Positions 13,275 through 24,478 of a stretch of DNA of 64,000 nucleotides are shown here, one piece after another. The DNA lies in the NCBI GenBank assembly GCA_013239625.1, contig MU053304.1:2232001-2296000 (forward strand). The letters run 5' to 3'. The first letter of the stretch is position 1, and every line of letters starts with the position of its first letter. This DNA is from Lama guanicoe (taxonomy: Eukaryota). The notes under the pieces are model-generated. The model was not told the origin of the DNA, made no database searches, and saw only the letters and a list, made by a program, of their open reading frames with translations. A program made the translations under genes and the position numbers.

Positions 13275-13450
13275 AGTCAGAAGCAAATTCTGATTCCACC
13301 TCTCAGTAGTTGCCTATCCTTAAGTAACTTAATCTTCTTAGTCTCTCTCACAGCATCTGTCAAACGGGGCTAATACTCACCTGGCAAGGGTGCTGTGAAG
13401 TCCGAATAGGATAGTGACAGGTAGCAGGTGTGCCGTAAAATGGCGATTAC
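13275..13450 (+). mobile_element. MIR SINE
   Basis: aagtaacttaatcttctt..catctgtcaaacggggctaatactcacctggcaagggtgctgtgaag matches the MIR core. Confidence 0.6.
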
Positions 13451-13554
13451 TTTTCTCGCTTTTGTTTTTATTCATTTCTAAGTCCCCTCAACTTAACTCG
13501 AATGCTTTTTAAAAAGATTCTTTTATTAGCTGTTTCATTCATGACTTTTGTTTT

Positions 13555-13875
13555 AAACACAAATTATCCACTTTACCATTTTAACCATTTAAAGGTGTGT
13601 CATTCGGTGGTGTTTAGTCTGTTAAGAGTGTTGTCAGCCATCACTACTGTCGAGTTCCAGAACATCTTCATATCCCAAAAAGATGTCTGAGTTCCCACCG
13701 ATTAAGCAGTCACTCTCCATTCCCTACGCCTCAGCCCCTGGCAACCACTCCTCTACCTTCTGTCTCGAGCAATTTGCGTTTTCTGCTTATTTCATATAAA
13801 TGGAATCGTACATTATGTGGCCTTTTGTGTCTGGCTTCTTTCACTCGGCATCATGTTTTCAAGGTTTCTCACATT
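13555..13875 (-). mobile_element. L1MB-like 3' end
   Basis: gttccagaacatcttcat, ttaagcagtcactctccattccc, cagcccctggcaaccact, atttcatataaatggaatc..tggcttctttcactcggcatcatgttttcaagg. Confidence 0.85.
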
Positions 13876-13997
13876 TATTGTACATAGCCATTTCACACAG
13901 TGTAGGCTGTGGATAGTGTTTTCAAGGTTTCTCACATTTATTGTACATTTCTCACATTTATTGTACATAGCCATTTCACACAGTGTAGGCTGTGGAT
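13854..13997. repeat. Nested perfect tandem duplication (61 bp x2, with an internal 20 bp x2 in copy 2)
   Basis: tgttttcaaggtttctcacatttattgtacatagccatttcacacagtgtaggctgtggat at 13854-13914 repeats from 13917; tttctcacatttattgtaca is doubled at 13928-13967. Confidence 0.95.
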
Positions 13998-14135
13998 GAG
14001 GAAGAACAATTCAAAAGATGTGCTGTCTGAATGGTGGGCGAGAGCAGGGCTGTCTTTGTAGGAGGACAAACCCCAGGAACCAAACACAGGCTGAAAGGAA
14101 AGAACAGTGGGAAGGATGCCAGCAAATTCACTTCT

Positions 14136-14706
14136 TTTTCTTTTTTTAATTAATTAATTTATTTTTATTGAAGTATAGTTGGTTACAAAGTATCAATTTC
14201 TGGTGTACAGCACAATGTCCCAGTCATGCATATATATACATATATTCATTTTCATATTCTTTTTCATTAAAGGTCATTACAAGCTGTTGAATATAGTTCC
14301 CTGTGCTATACAGAAGAAATTTGCTTTTTATCTATTTTTCTATATAGTGGTTAACATTTGCAAATCTCAAACTCCCAAATTTATTTCTTCTCACCCCCTT
14401 TCCCCAGTAATCATAAAATTGTTTACTATGTCTGCAAATCTGTTTCTTTGGTAGATGAGTTCATTAGTGTCCTCTTTTTTCTTTCTTTTTTTAGATTGAT
14501 ATCATATGGTATTTTTCTTTCTTTTTCCAGCTTCACTTAAAATGACAATCACCAGGTCCATCCATGTTGCTGCAAATGGTATTATTATATTCTTTTTATG
14601 GCTGAGTAGTATTCCACTATATATATATATAATATTTATCCAGTCATCTGTTGATGGGCATTTAGGTAATATTCTTTTTTATGGCTGAGTAGTATTCCAC
14701 TATATA

Positions 14707-14743
<37 letters not shown>

Positions 14744-14862
14744 TATCCAGTCATCTGTTGATGGGCATTTAGGTTGCTTCCATGTCTTGGCTGTTGTATA
14801 CAGTGCTGCTGTGAACACTGGGGTGCGTGTGTGTTTTTGAATTAGAGTTCCCTCTGGATATA
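14136..14862 (-). mobile_element. Young 5'-truncated camelid-type L1 with 16-bp TSD
   Basis: TSD cagcaaattcacttct (14120-14135) / cagcaaattcatttct (14863-14878); minus ORF 14636-14818 gives FTAALYTTAKTWKQPKCPSTDDW (L1 ORF2 C-terminus); T-rich tail at left. Confidence 0.95.
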
Positions 14863-14894
14863 CAGCAAATTCATTTCTAAATCATCTTCTGCTG

Positions 14895-15095
14895 AAACTG
14901 CCCCCCCTTCCCATACCCCTTCTTCCTCCATCTTTCCTTCTTTACTGTCTTGTACTTCTTCACCTACCGTCTGTATTTTCCCTTCTCAATCTCTTTCTCT
15001 CTCTCCCTTTCTCCCTCCCTTCCATTCTTTACATTCTTTATTCTCTCCTCTTCCTTTCCCTTCTTTGTATCTTCATTTCCCTCTTTTGTTCTCTT
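14895..15095 (+). repeat. Pyrimidine-rich (CT) low-complexity tract
   Basis: About 200 bp of mostly C/T. Confidence 0.75.
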
Positions 15096-15667
15096 TGTGT
15101 AAAGGTAGAACTAAAATAGGTGAGTACTAAATATTTCTATTTGTGGAGATTTATCCCAACAGTAAAAGTAATTTACATTAATCTTTGCATCAGAAAAAAA
15201 GGCCAGTACAAGAGCTTGGTTAAAAAATGATCACATATCTCTTGGAAAGAATACTCTATAGCCATGGAAAATTGTGCTTAATTGAGTATTTCATGACAGA
15301 ATACATATTTAAAGATAAAATGCCTTTGTTTACAAAATGATACTGCTACATGCTCCTGGGATTTTAACAAACCAAGTAATTATTGCACATGATCTATGTG
15401 CATCTTCACACAGAAACATTAAGGTGACATACTTAACAGCTGTCACTGTCATTATCGTAGTACGGAACAGTTACTGGTGGCTTTTAGTTTTCCTCTGTGT
15501 GCTTTTACTAGCTTCAAAATATTCAACAATGTGTACACATCAACCTTTGGGATGAGATAAAAAAGGAGAATAAACATTGTTATTGAAAGTGTGCTAGTGA
15601 AATAGCTCAGCTCTTGGCCATGAAGCCGGAGATCTGTCTTTGGTATAAAGGAAGAACCCTCACTGAG

Positions 15668-15883
15668 TGATGGCTTTCAAATGGGATGGTTTTGTCCCCA
15701 GGAACATTTGACAATATCTGGAGACATTTTTGTCACAACTAGGGAGGTGCTACTGGTATGTAGTGGGTAAAGGCCAGGAATGCTGCTAAGCATTCCAGAA
15801 TACACAGGGCATCTTTCCCCTACATCTCACCAGTGAAAAATTGTCCAACCCACATGTCAATAGTGCTGAAGATGAGAAACCTG
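15668..15883 (+). mobile_element. MER20 (hAT-Charlie non-autonomous)
   Basis: acatttgacaatatctggagacattttt, ggtgctactggtatgtagtgggtaaaggccaggaatgctgctaa, atgtcaatagtgctgaagatgagaaacctg match MER20 along its full length. Confidence 0.9.
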
Positions 15884-18080
15884 CTCATTGGCTAGTTTAA
15901 ATATTTTAAGTTAGCTCATTGAATAGTGTCAGTGGAAAAAGTCATCACTTGGGCTGTCTTTAGTGAGTGTATGAATTAATTTACTCCCAAGTAACACTAA
16001 CGTGACCTAATTATCTAAGGACTTGAGATGAAACCAGGCTGTTTCTATCTTACACCTGCTGTCTGCACAATGTTTTTTTATCTGGACTGAGCATCTCAAA
16101 GAGAAGAAGATGGGCAATATACTTGAGGTTAGCATGTTGATACTGATTTAGGTCACAGAACCCCATGGAAGAAGGGAATCAAAATAACTCCCATATAGAG
16201 GGCACGCAAGTCACGTCTGATGACGAGTGCTGACTGGGGGAATAGTGCCACCTACTGAATTCTGTTTGTGTTTTCTACAGGTTCTGATTGATGCAGGTTT
16301 ATGCTGGAAGTGTTACTTTCAATTATTGATCTGCGCGTCTTCTTAAGTAGTTACTGCCAGAATGTTAAACGGTATTTAGTTATTATTGGGTCAAGGTGTA
16401 ATTAGAAACAGCTGTGAGCAATGGTAAGCCATCCAGCTCCCAAAGTAGCAAACTAAATTGTACTTGAAGACCTCAGATTGATGAATAGAGATTGTATACC
16501 GCAGTTAAAACAAATCCATCTCCAGCTGAATATGACAGCCAGTTCCCTTCTACCAAGATAATCAGGAAGATAAAAAATATATTAAATGCACCATTTCCAA
16601 ATATCACCAGGATTTTTTTAAAGAAATTAAAGCACATAGTGTTTTCTGCAACATTTTTTTTCCGAATTTCAGCTTTGAGCTTTAGTCTTTATATTTATAA
16701 GTGCACATTTAAAATCTTCACATCTTCTGCCCAAGTAATTAAGAAACTTTCTACAGTATAGTGTATACATTCTGATATATCTCTTTAATAACTACATTGT
16801 TAGATAACCTGAAAAAATTATTTTTTTCATTGTATTTTGAGTTGGATGGATCAGATAATTTGTTCCCATGGTGACTTCTTTATTGAAATTAACTAGTTTG
16901 TCTCATAAAATTACATGCCTCTGTGTAATATGCTAATTCTTGCTCCCAATCAAACATTTAATTACATAATGAGCTTGGATTAATTTGTAACCTGAATCTA
17001 AAACTTCATTCATATGAAATTCAAAATGGTATGTATTAGAGAGAAACTAAGAATTTGTAGCATTTTGTTACAAAGTTTTAGCAATATATGCCAATAGTAA
17101 AGCTGAGAATTTGTGATAAGTTTCAAGTCCAGAAAAGCATACAGTGGTAATGACAGCCCCAGACTGGATTTCTTGTGTTTGTTTATTTATTCTGACTTGC
17201 AGGTTTGAAAGCCAGTTTTATCTTTGACTGTTCACTTGATTTCTCTGGGATGGTGACTGCTTGTCACAGGAGCACAGAGGGGCCAGCGTGTGAAGGGGGC
17301 TCCTTTTCCTAATGTCGCTGGAAGTAGGGGGTTGTGGTCCTTAGAAGGCCACTGGGAGATGTGACCTAAAAAATGGGAAAGGGCTTATTCATCTTCTAAT
17401 CTCTTACTCTCTGAGCTAAGTGCATACTTCCATTCTTACAGCCACTTTTAAGCCTTCCTTCTCCCAGAAGTGAGCAGTGTGTTCACCTCTAAAAGGAGAT
17501 GGTCCTACTAAGTGCTATTAAGGAAATGAAGAACCGGCACCATCTGGATTCCTGGGAAGCACAGAAGTGAACACTCAAGGGCTGGTTCCAAGAACAATAC
17601 AGATGTCAGTGTCTATATTGTTTTTTTTTTCTAAGATTGCTTAACATCCCCCAAAGAGGGCTTGCTCCCAGACCTAGAGATGGTGTTCCTGGATCATAAC
17701 CTGCCTTCTCCCCACTCTCTCACTGAAACTGCTTGACAGTGATTGATTCTGAGTTAGGTAAATATTTTGTATTCCTTTTGACCTAGGCTGAGTCTTGTTT
17801 CCTCTTTCAGAAAATGTCAAGCTCCTTTAAGAGCTGAATTTTGCTCGATTGACCTTTGGTATATTCTTTTCCCCCCAGAACTATGCTGACTCCTGAGACC
17901 CTGGTTTTTAATTGCTGAATAGGATTAATTAGTGGAATTCATGTCTGGCAGAGTATTTGTAGTGCCTTTTGGGAAAATGGACATTTTGCCTGAGCTATAG
18001 TCTGATAGGAAATAAATCACTCTTAAAATTTGGCTACTTGGTCATTTTGTGTGTGAATGGATAGTCTTTACTCTTTTTAT

Positions 18081-18105
18081 ACACACACACACACACACAC
18101 ACACA
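18081..18105 (+). repeat. (AC)n microsatellite followed by TA/TG-rich low complexity to about 18195
   Basis: Direct observation. Confidence 0.9.
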
Positions 18106-18658
18106 TATATGTGTATTTTTTTTCTTTAAGATATTTTTAAAGATTTCCATATATATGCGTGTGTGTGTATATATACATATATTTTTTTTTTTTAAGAAGG
18201 AAACAAGAACTTTCCAAAAGGTTGACTTTTCTGGCCTCAGCATCACACAGGCCTTCTGTGTGGCTCCATGGCTTCTCTCCCAGGCGGTGAGTTCCGCCGC
18301 CCTGGGCACCCGGGCGCACACGTGGGTCAGCAGCCTTCCTGTTGGGCTGAGGGCTCTAAAGCTATTGAGGCGACTCCTTATCCTGCCCTCGTGACACGGT
18401 TCTTCAGAGTTTCAGTTCACAGTTCAGCCATAACTAAGGTTCAAGTGCATTTTGTGTAACGACTTTTAACACCAGTCGGGAAAGGGGAGCTGACATTTAT
18501 TTCGGTGCTAAAGCTGAACAGTTGCAGGGTCGCCGACCACTACTTAAGAGCAAAGTGTCCTTGAGAAATATTCCCTTCTTTGTGTGACGGCTTCAGTTTC
18601 CGGGTGGAGCCAGTCGCCGCTTCTCTGCTGCGATTTGTGTGAGTGATGTTGCTGGTGG

Positions 18659-18672
18659 GTTGCCATGGTTAC
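18659..18672 (-). promoter_or_regulatory. RFX X-box motif in a CpG-enriched non-repeat segment
   Basis: GTTGCCATGGTTAC (reverse complement GTAACCATGGCAAC) fits GTHNYY-AT-RRNAAC exactly; motif match only, function not shown. Confidence 0.5.
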
Positions 18673-19204
18673 CTGAGCCCGCTGGGCAGCAGGACGGATT
18701 TTCATTGTAATTAGTGTGAGCAGCACAGCCCAGCCTTGGGTGCTGCTCTTCCGAGGAGCCACCTCCCTCATTAGCTCATGCCATCCCGTCCCTGCACTGC
18801 ACGGTGGTGGTGGAGGGAAAGGCAGGACGAGGTGGAGGGAGGTGAGAGAGAGAAGCATTCTCCTTCCTTCCCTCGCTCATCCTCTTAGGAAGACACCATG
18901 ACTAACTTGAGGGATACAGACAAATCGGATTGTTGTTAGCAATGCGCTTCTTAGTAATACCGTTTGCGTAAACTACTCTTCCAAGGTAGTAATGAAAAAA
19001 CACTTTCTAAATAGCTGAGATTCGATTTAATCTTCTTATGAAGAACCCAGCATGTTATCTGGCTGAGGAGAACTGCTGGGCTAGGAGATGGAATTAAAGT
19101 ATCTATTACCATGGTGGCGTTTAGATTTTGGTGTGTAGACGGGCCTGTGATGGCCAATATGGAATTTTCAACAAATCCACTTGCTGTAGTGCCACTTGGC
19201 TTGG

Positions 19205-19450
19205 TGGAAATAGTGCAAACATGGAAGGCTTTGCAGTCAAGGACACTTGTCTTCAAGTCTCAGTTCTGTATTTACCACGCTGTGCATTCCTGGGCAAATC
19301 ACTTGCCTTCTCTAAGCTTCACTTTGTTCATCTTTTAAAAATATGGTATAAATATATATCTACAGGGTGTTTGTAAGCATTAGAGATAATGAACGTAAGT
19401 GGTCGGGGGAATGATAGACACTCAATGCGTGGTAGTGATTTTTATTATTA
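19205..19450 (+). mobile_element. MIR SINE
   Basis: ggctttgcagtcaag..ctgggcaaatcacttgccttctctaagcttcactttgttcatct..cattagagataatg..ttattatta. Confidence 0.7.
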
Positions 19451-20349
19451 TTCTTTTTAGTTTCTAGTTCAAAACTTTAAATCTTAAGAAAAGGAAATAA
19501 AGGAAAGCTCACAGTCCTTGAGTGCATTGTTGGTGTAATATTCATTAAGTAGCTTGGGGTTTCCAAGCATTGTCATCCTAGAGTAAGCTTGCTCTAGTCA
19601 AATAAAAGCATTCTTTGACTTTGAACATTTTTTCTTTCTTATCAAAGATTCTCCTTTGAGCCATGAAAGTAATAAATAAGTCCCTTTGCACATTTCAACT
19701 TGAAACACTTGGAACTTTGTACAGTTACACCAACATCAGAGAGTCTTTATGTGCTGAGATTCAACAGCTAGTTGAAGGGAGAAAATGTAGTATCTCTATT
19801 TGGACCAAGATTTTAAAATATTTTTCTATCTTGAGTTTTTAGAGGAAATGTAAGGGAATGCGTTTCTCTAAACTGGATTATGCTTGGAACGCGTGCCCGC
19901 CCATGTTGAGTCTCTTTACTGCCTCCTTGGAAATACCTTTAGCCTTTGAGAATAAGTGATTAACATTTGGGGGGACTCTGGTGTAAAAGTCCCAATCAAC
20001 TTACCTGTGCTTGGAAGCCTGCTTAGTAATTTACTCTGGAACAAAATGTGGAACGCTGATGTCCTAGGGGAATGGGAGACACAGGCAGGGCCCCTGACAG
20101 CTCGCACAGTGTAGGAGAGACGTGGTCTCATGGATGGCCCCCACACATCTGAAGGAGGCATGTGTCCTTTGAGGAAGAAGACTGCATCGAGCCAGACAAA
20201 GGGGAGCCAAAGAGGACGTACGTGGCAGTGTGTTCTCAGACTGAGAGATAGAGACAGAAAGACAGACAGAGACAGGCACTGGCCTATAGGAGTTTTCCAG
20301 TCACATGGGGGGCTGTGTTTGCTCATTAAACTTTTCTCTTGATCTAGAA

Positions 20350-20566
20350 CAGTGGTTCTCAAAAGTAAGGGGTGCTGATGTGTTTCCCAGGAAACGTTTC
20401 AAAATGTCTGGAGTCATTTTTGGTCCTCACACCTGGCGAAGATTAATGGCATCGAGTGAGTAGAGGGGACAGATGTTGCCAGACACCCTCCGCTGTGTGT
20501 GGCAGCCTCATAACAAAGAATGTTCCGGCCCCAAATACCCCTAGCACCAGGGTGACAAATGCCCGG
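20350..20566 (+). mobile_element. MER20 (hAT-Charlie)
   Basis: cagtggttctcaa TIR, aatgtctggagtcatttttgg, tggcatcgagtgagtagagg, aacaaagaatgttccggcccc. Confidence 0.85.
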
Positions 20567-20682
20567 GTTAGGAAAAAACACACCTTCAGACCGGTCCATG
20601 TCCTTTTCATTTATCCCTGCTCAGAATGTTCCCTTCTGATGGCTTATTTTGCATTTTAGACACCTTGACTCAAGAAAGGGGT

Positions 20683-21055
20683 TATCTTAATTAGCTTGCA
20701 CTACCATAGCAAAGTACCATGAACTGAGTGGGTTATCCACAGTAGAAATGTATTTCTTACAGTTCTGGAGGCCGAGAAATCTCAGATCAGGGTGCCTGTT
20801 GATCTGGTGTCTGATGAGAGCTCTCTTCCTGGTTGCAGACAGCTGCCATCTTGCTTGAGTCTTGAGTCTCCACTTGGTGGGAAGAGTCAGCTAGCTCCCT
20901 GGACTCCTCTTGTAAAGGTACTGGTCCTATTCATGAGGGCTCCAACCTCATGACCTAATTACCTCCCAAAGGCCCCACCTCTGCATACCATCACTTTGGG
21001 GACTAGATTTCAACATATAAATTTTGTGGGAAGCACAAATATTTAGTCCATAATA
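20683..21055 (-). mobile_element. ERVL-MaLR solo LTR (MLT1A/MLT1A0-like)
   Basis: cagttctggaggc, ctctcttcctggttgcagacagctgccatctt, attcatgagggctccaacctcatgacctaattacctcccaaaggccccacctc, tttcaacatataaatttt. Confidence 0.9.
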
Positions 21056-21269
21056 AGGTATCCTAGCTGGTGACTGGTAAGTTCTAGCCCCCAGTAGAAA
21101 TAAGGTGGCCATCTTGCTCATTCATAAGTTTTCTAAAATTCAAGTCAGTTTTGAGTCTGGTTGGGTTTGGGAACCTGGGGGAACAAGGAGGTAGAATACT
21201 AATAAGTAGGTACAATTTCTTGCCCATTTTATAGAACAGAAAACAGAGAGGTTGTGTGTTAGCAAGCAT

Positions 21270-21663
21270 GGGAGCAAAGGAGTCACCAAATCCTTTCCTT
21301 CCCCTCCCGGACACACAGCTAGATTACATTTCCCAGTCTCCTTGGCAGGTAGGTATCCTGTATGACTGAGTCCTGACCACTGAAGGGTGGGAGGAGATAT
21401 ACCCCTTGTCCAAGCCTAGCCCACTGAGTGTGAAGATGGTCTCCCATTCTCCAGCTTCTCTTCCTGCCGTCCAGATGGAGAGGGTCCAGGTTCCAAGAGG
21501 AGAGTGGAGCCACAGGCTTGATTCTCCACCTGCTGCTTGGAGGAAATCTGTCTGGCCAGGAAGCTCAGCCCTGGAGAGTTGCTGGAGCAAAAAGTAAACC
21601 TTTATTTTGTTAAGCCTCTAAAATGTTGGTTAAAGCAGTTGTTAGCCTGCTCTGACTAATACA
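21270..21663 (+). mobile_element. ERVL-MaLR solo LTR (MLT1J-like)
   Basis: acacacagctagattacatttcccagtctccttg..tgactgagtcctg..aagtaaacctttattttgttaagcc..ctgactaataca terminus. Confidence 0.75.
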
Positions 21664-21671
21664 GCAGTGAA

Positions 21672-22040
21672 GTGGGAATGTGGTTTGGTGCAGCCATTAT
21701 GGAAAACAGTATGGTGATTCCTTTAGAAACATGAAAATACACTTACCCTGTGATCCAGCAATCCCACTCCTGGGCATATATCCAGAGGGAACCTTAATTC
21801 AAAAAGATACATGCACCCCAGTGTTCACAGCAGCACTATTTACAACAGCCAAGACATGGAAACAACCCAAATGTCCATCGACAGATGACTGGATGAAGAA
21901 GCTATGGTATATTTATACCATGGAATACTACTCAGCCATAAAAAAGAATAAAATATTGCCATTTGCAGCAACATGGACGGACCTGGAGATCATCATACGA
22001 AGTGAAATAAGCCAAAAAGAGAAAGAAAAATACCATATGA
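21672..22040 (+). mobile_element. Young L1 ORF2 C-terminal fragment lacking 3'UTR and poly(A)
   Basis: ORF 21680-22135 reads DPAIPLLGIYPEG..TCTPVFTAALFTTAKTWKQPKCPSTDDWMKKLWYIYTMEYYSAIKKN..EISQKEKEKYHM (L1 ORF2p C-terminus); L1 homology stops at about 22040. Confidence 0.95.
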
Positions 22041-23436
22041 CAATTGCCAATATGAGGGACACTTGGTTTGTGGGCATCTTTTGGGGACTATGTGGAGAAA
22101 TTCACCTTCACCAAATGTGGCAAGATAGAAACTGAATAGCATTTCTGAACACGCTGGTGTTTGTATTTGTATGTGCTCTTTTCTGAATCTTGTCTTAAAA
22201 TCAAAGTACCCATCAAGACCTCTTTATCGGTATTTTACACCATGGGTGAAAGCTTATTTGTATCTCAGGCAGTCATTTTTGTGATTTCAGGTTCCTAAAT
22301 CCTGCTTGAAGATTCATAAATTCACATATGAGCTCCTAAATGCTCAGTGTTGCATGTGAGTCTGGGATTCAGCTGAGAAATGTGGAATACAGAGTTTCTT
22401 CTGCCAGACCATTCCCAGTTGGTTATGCGTCTCAGGAGCCAAAGCTTATTACTTTCCAAGTTGTAATTTAAACTTGTTCAACTGCCTGAAGACCCATCAT
22501 TTTCATGTAGCACAATGGGAGAAACTCAGTGCTTTGGCTTCAAGTGCATTTCTCTTTTAATTTTCTCTCCAAAATCCTACCTCCTATGGGGCTGTATCAT
22601 CATTATTTCATAGGAACTTTGAGCAGGAGCATATTTTTATGAAAACTTTTTTTTGTGTTTTATTTGTGTGTGTGTGTGTGTGTTTTGAGGGGGATTTGCT
22701 GTTGCATCTGGCTGGTGGTGTGGCTTTTTTTGGAGAATCTTTCAAACTCGTGATGTAGTCACATTTTAAGATCTTTGTGGGATGGCTGCAAGGAGCAATT
22801 AGGCTTTGTAACTGTGCAGAAAATCGATCTGGTAAACATATTAGAGTTGGATTGTCCTCCCTTGCTTCCTAAATATCACCCAAAGAATGTGCCGTCCATA
22901 ACCTAGTCTCAGAACCTAGCAGGAGTTTTGTTGCTGAGAGACAGAAGGCTCAAACTTTGCTCAATATGCTCAACATACTTTGACAGAGAAAGCCTTCAAT
23001 GGTCCACTTGCTGCCTGTGTGAAGAGCAGCCTCCTCCAGGCACACAGCACACAGAGGGCAATGAGTTTGGCATGTGCCCACCAAGTATGGTCAATGCTCG
23101 ATGTCCCATATTTAAATATTTAAGGTATGGGATGATTTTCAGCAAAACTGTCTATTCTCAACTTTTGCTTGCATGGATATGAAGCTCCAAGCTATGTCTT
23201 TAGGGCATGGGGGGAGAAGGAAAGGGGGAAGTGCTTATGCCCTTCAGGATAGTAGGGCCTGTATTCTAGGCAGTTTTTTGGGGGGTTTTCTTCATGTTCC
23301 AAGAGGCAGGTTCTGCCACCCAGTCAGATCAAGTTTGATTTGTATTGTCAGTTATTTTCTCCATAATTGTTAGACATTTTTTAAGTATGTGGAGGAAGAA
23401 CTGGACCAAAAAGGAAGGCAGCTCTTTTTTGCTGCC

Positions 23437-23845
23437 TGTGTTAGTCAGGATGGACTGTTAGGCTGTGATAACAAACATTCCCCAAGTGTCAGTAACCGAA
23501 ACAATGCAGGTTTAGTTCTTGCTTATAGCACATACCCACTGGTGGAGGGTTCTGGTTCATGCTGGCTTTACTCTGAGGCCCCAGCTGCTGGAGGCTCCTG
23601 TGTGTGGAATTTCATGGATCTAAGTAGTGGCAGTAGAGCGTGGAGAACCACACATGGTTTCTTCAACGCTTCAGCCAAGAAAAAAACAAAAAAGAAAAAA
23701 AGACACACACATCACTTTTGCTCAATTTTATTGGCCAGAACAAGTCTCAGAGCTGAAGCTAACCTCAGATCAGAGAGACAGGGAAGTGTGATTGTTCCAA
23801 ACACCAGAAAGAGAAACTGGATAGTAGTAAATAGTGGTAATATTT
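23437..23845 (-). mobile_element. ERVL-MaLR solo LTR (MLT1J/K-like)
   Basis: tgtgttagtcaggatggact..ggctgtgataacaaaca.., acacatcacttttgctcaattttattggccagaacaagtc, agggaagtgtga. Confidence 0.75.
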
Positions 23846-24021
23846 TCTTCACCCTCGCATCCCAACAGACACACGCTCACACGTATAGACCTTTAACTCC
23901 AAGCCCAATTGTGAAATTGGCCCCTAAGGCAAAATGAAGAAGTCTCATTAGGGGCAATTTTAGAAATATTGTTCGGAATAAGAGATACACAAAGAGATTC
24001 TTTTCCCAACTCAGGAATCTT

Positions 24022-24478
24022 TCTTTTTAAATTGGAGTATAGTTGATGTATAATATTATAATACAGGCATACAATATAGTGATTCAAAATTTTTAAAGAT
24101 TATACTCCATTTATAGTTATTATAAAATATTGTCTATATTCCCATGTATTGTACAATATATCCTTGATGCTTATTTTATACCTAAGAGCTTGTACCCCTT
24201 AATCCCCTTACCCCTCTGTTGCCCCACCCCCTTCCCTCTCCCTACTTGTAACAACTAATTTGTTCTGTATATCTGTGAGTCTGCTTTTTTTTTGTTATAT
24301 TCACTAGTTCGTTGTATTTTTTTTTAGATTCCACATATAAGTGATAGCATACAGTATTTGTCTTTCTCTGTCTGACTTATTTCACTTAGCATGATGCCCT
24401 CCAAGTCCATGCATGATGCCCTAGATGGCAAAATTTCATTCTTTTTTGTGGCTGAGTAGTATTCCATTGTCTATATCT
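24022..24478 (-). mobile_element. L1 3' end (cetartiodactyl-type)
   Basis: aattggagtatagttgat, tttagattccacatataagtgatagcatacagtatttgtctttctctgtctgacttatttcacttagcat, ggctgagtagtattccattg. Confidence 0.9.

Noticed and set aside
21680..22135. 151-aa ORF as a host protein-coding gene
   Set aside because: It is L1 ORF2p C-terminal sequence running into unrelated flank, not a gene
23389..23937. 182-aa ORF
   Set aside because: It overlies an antisense MLT1 LTR with a poly-A-derived Lys run; no recognisable domain
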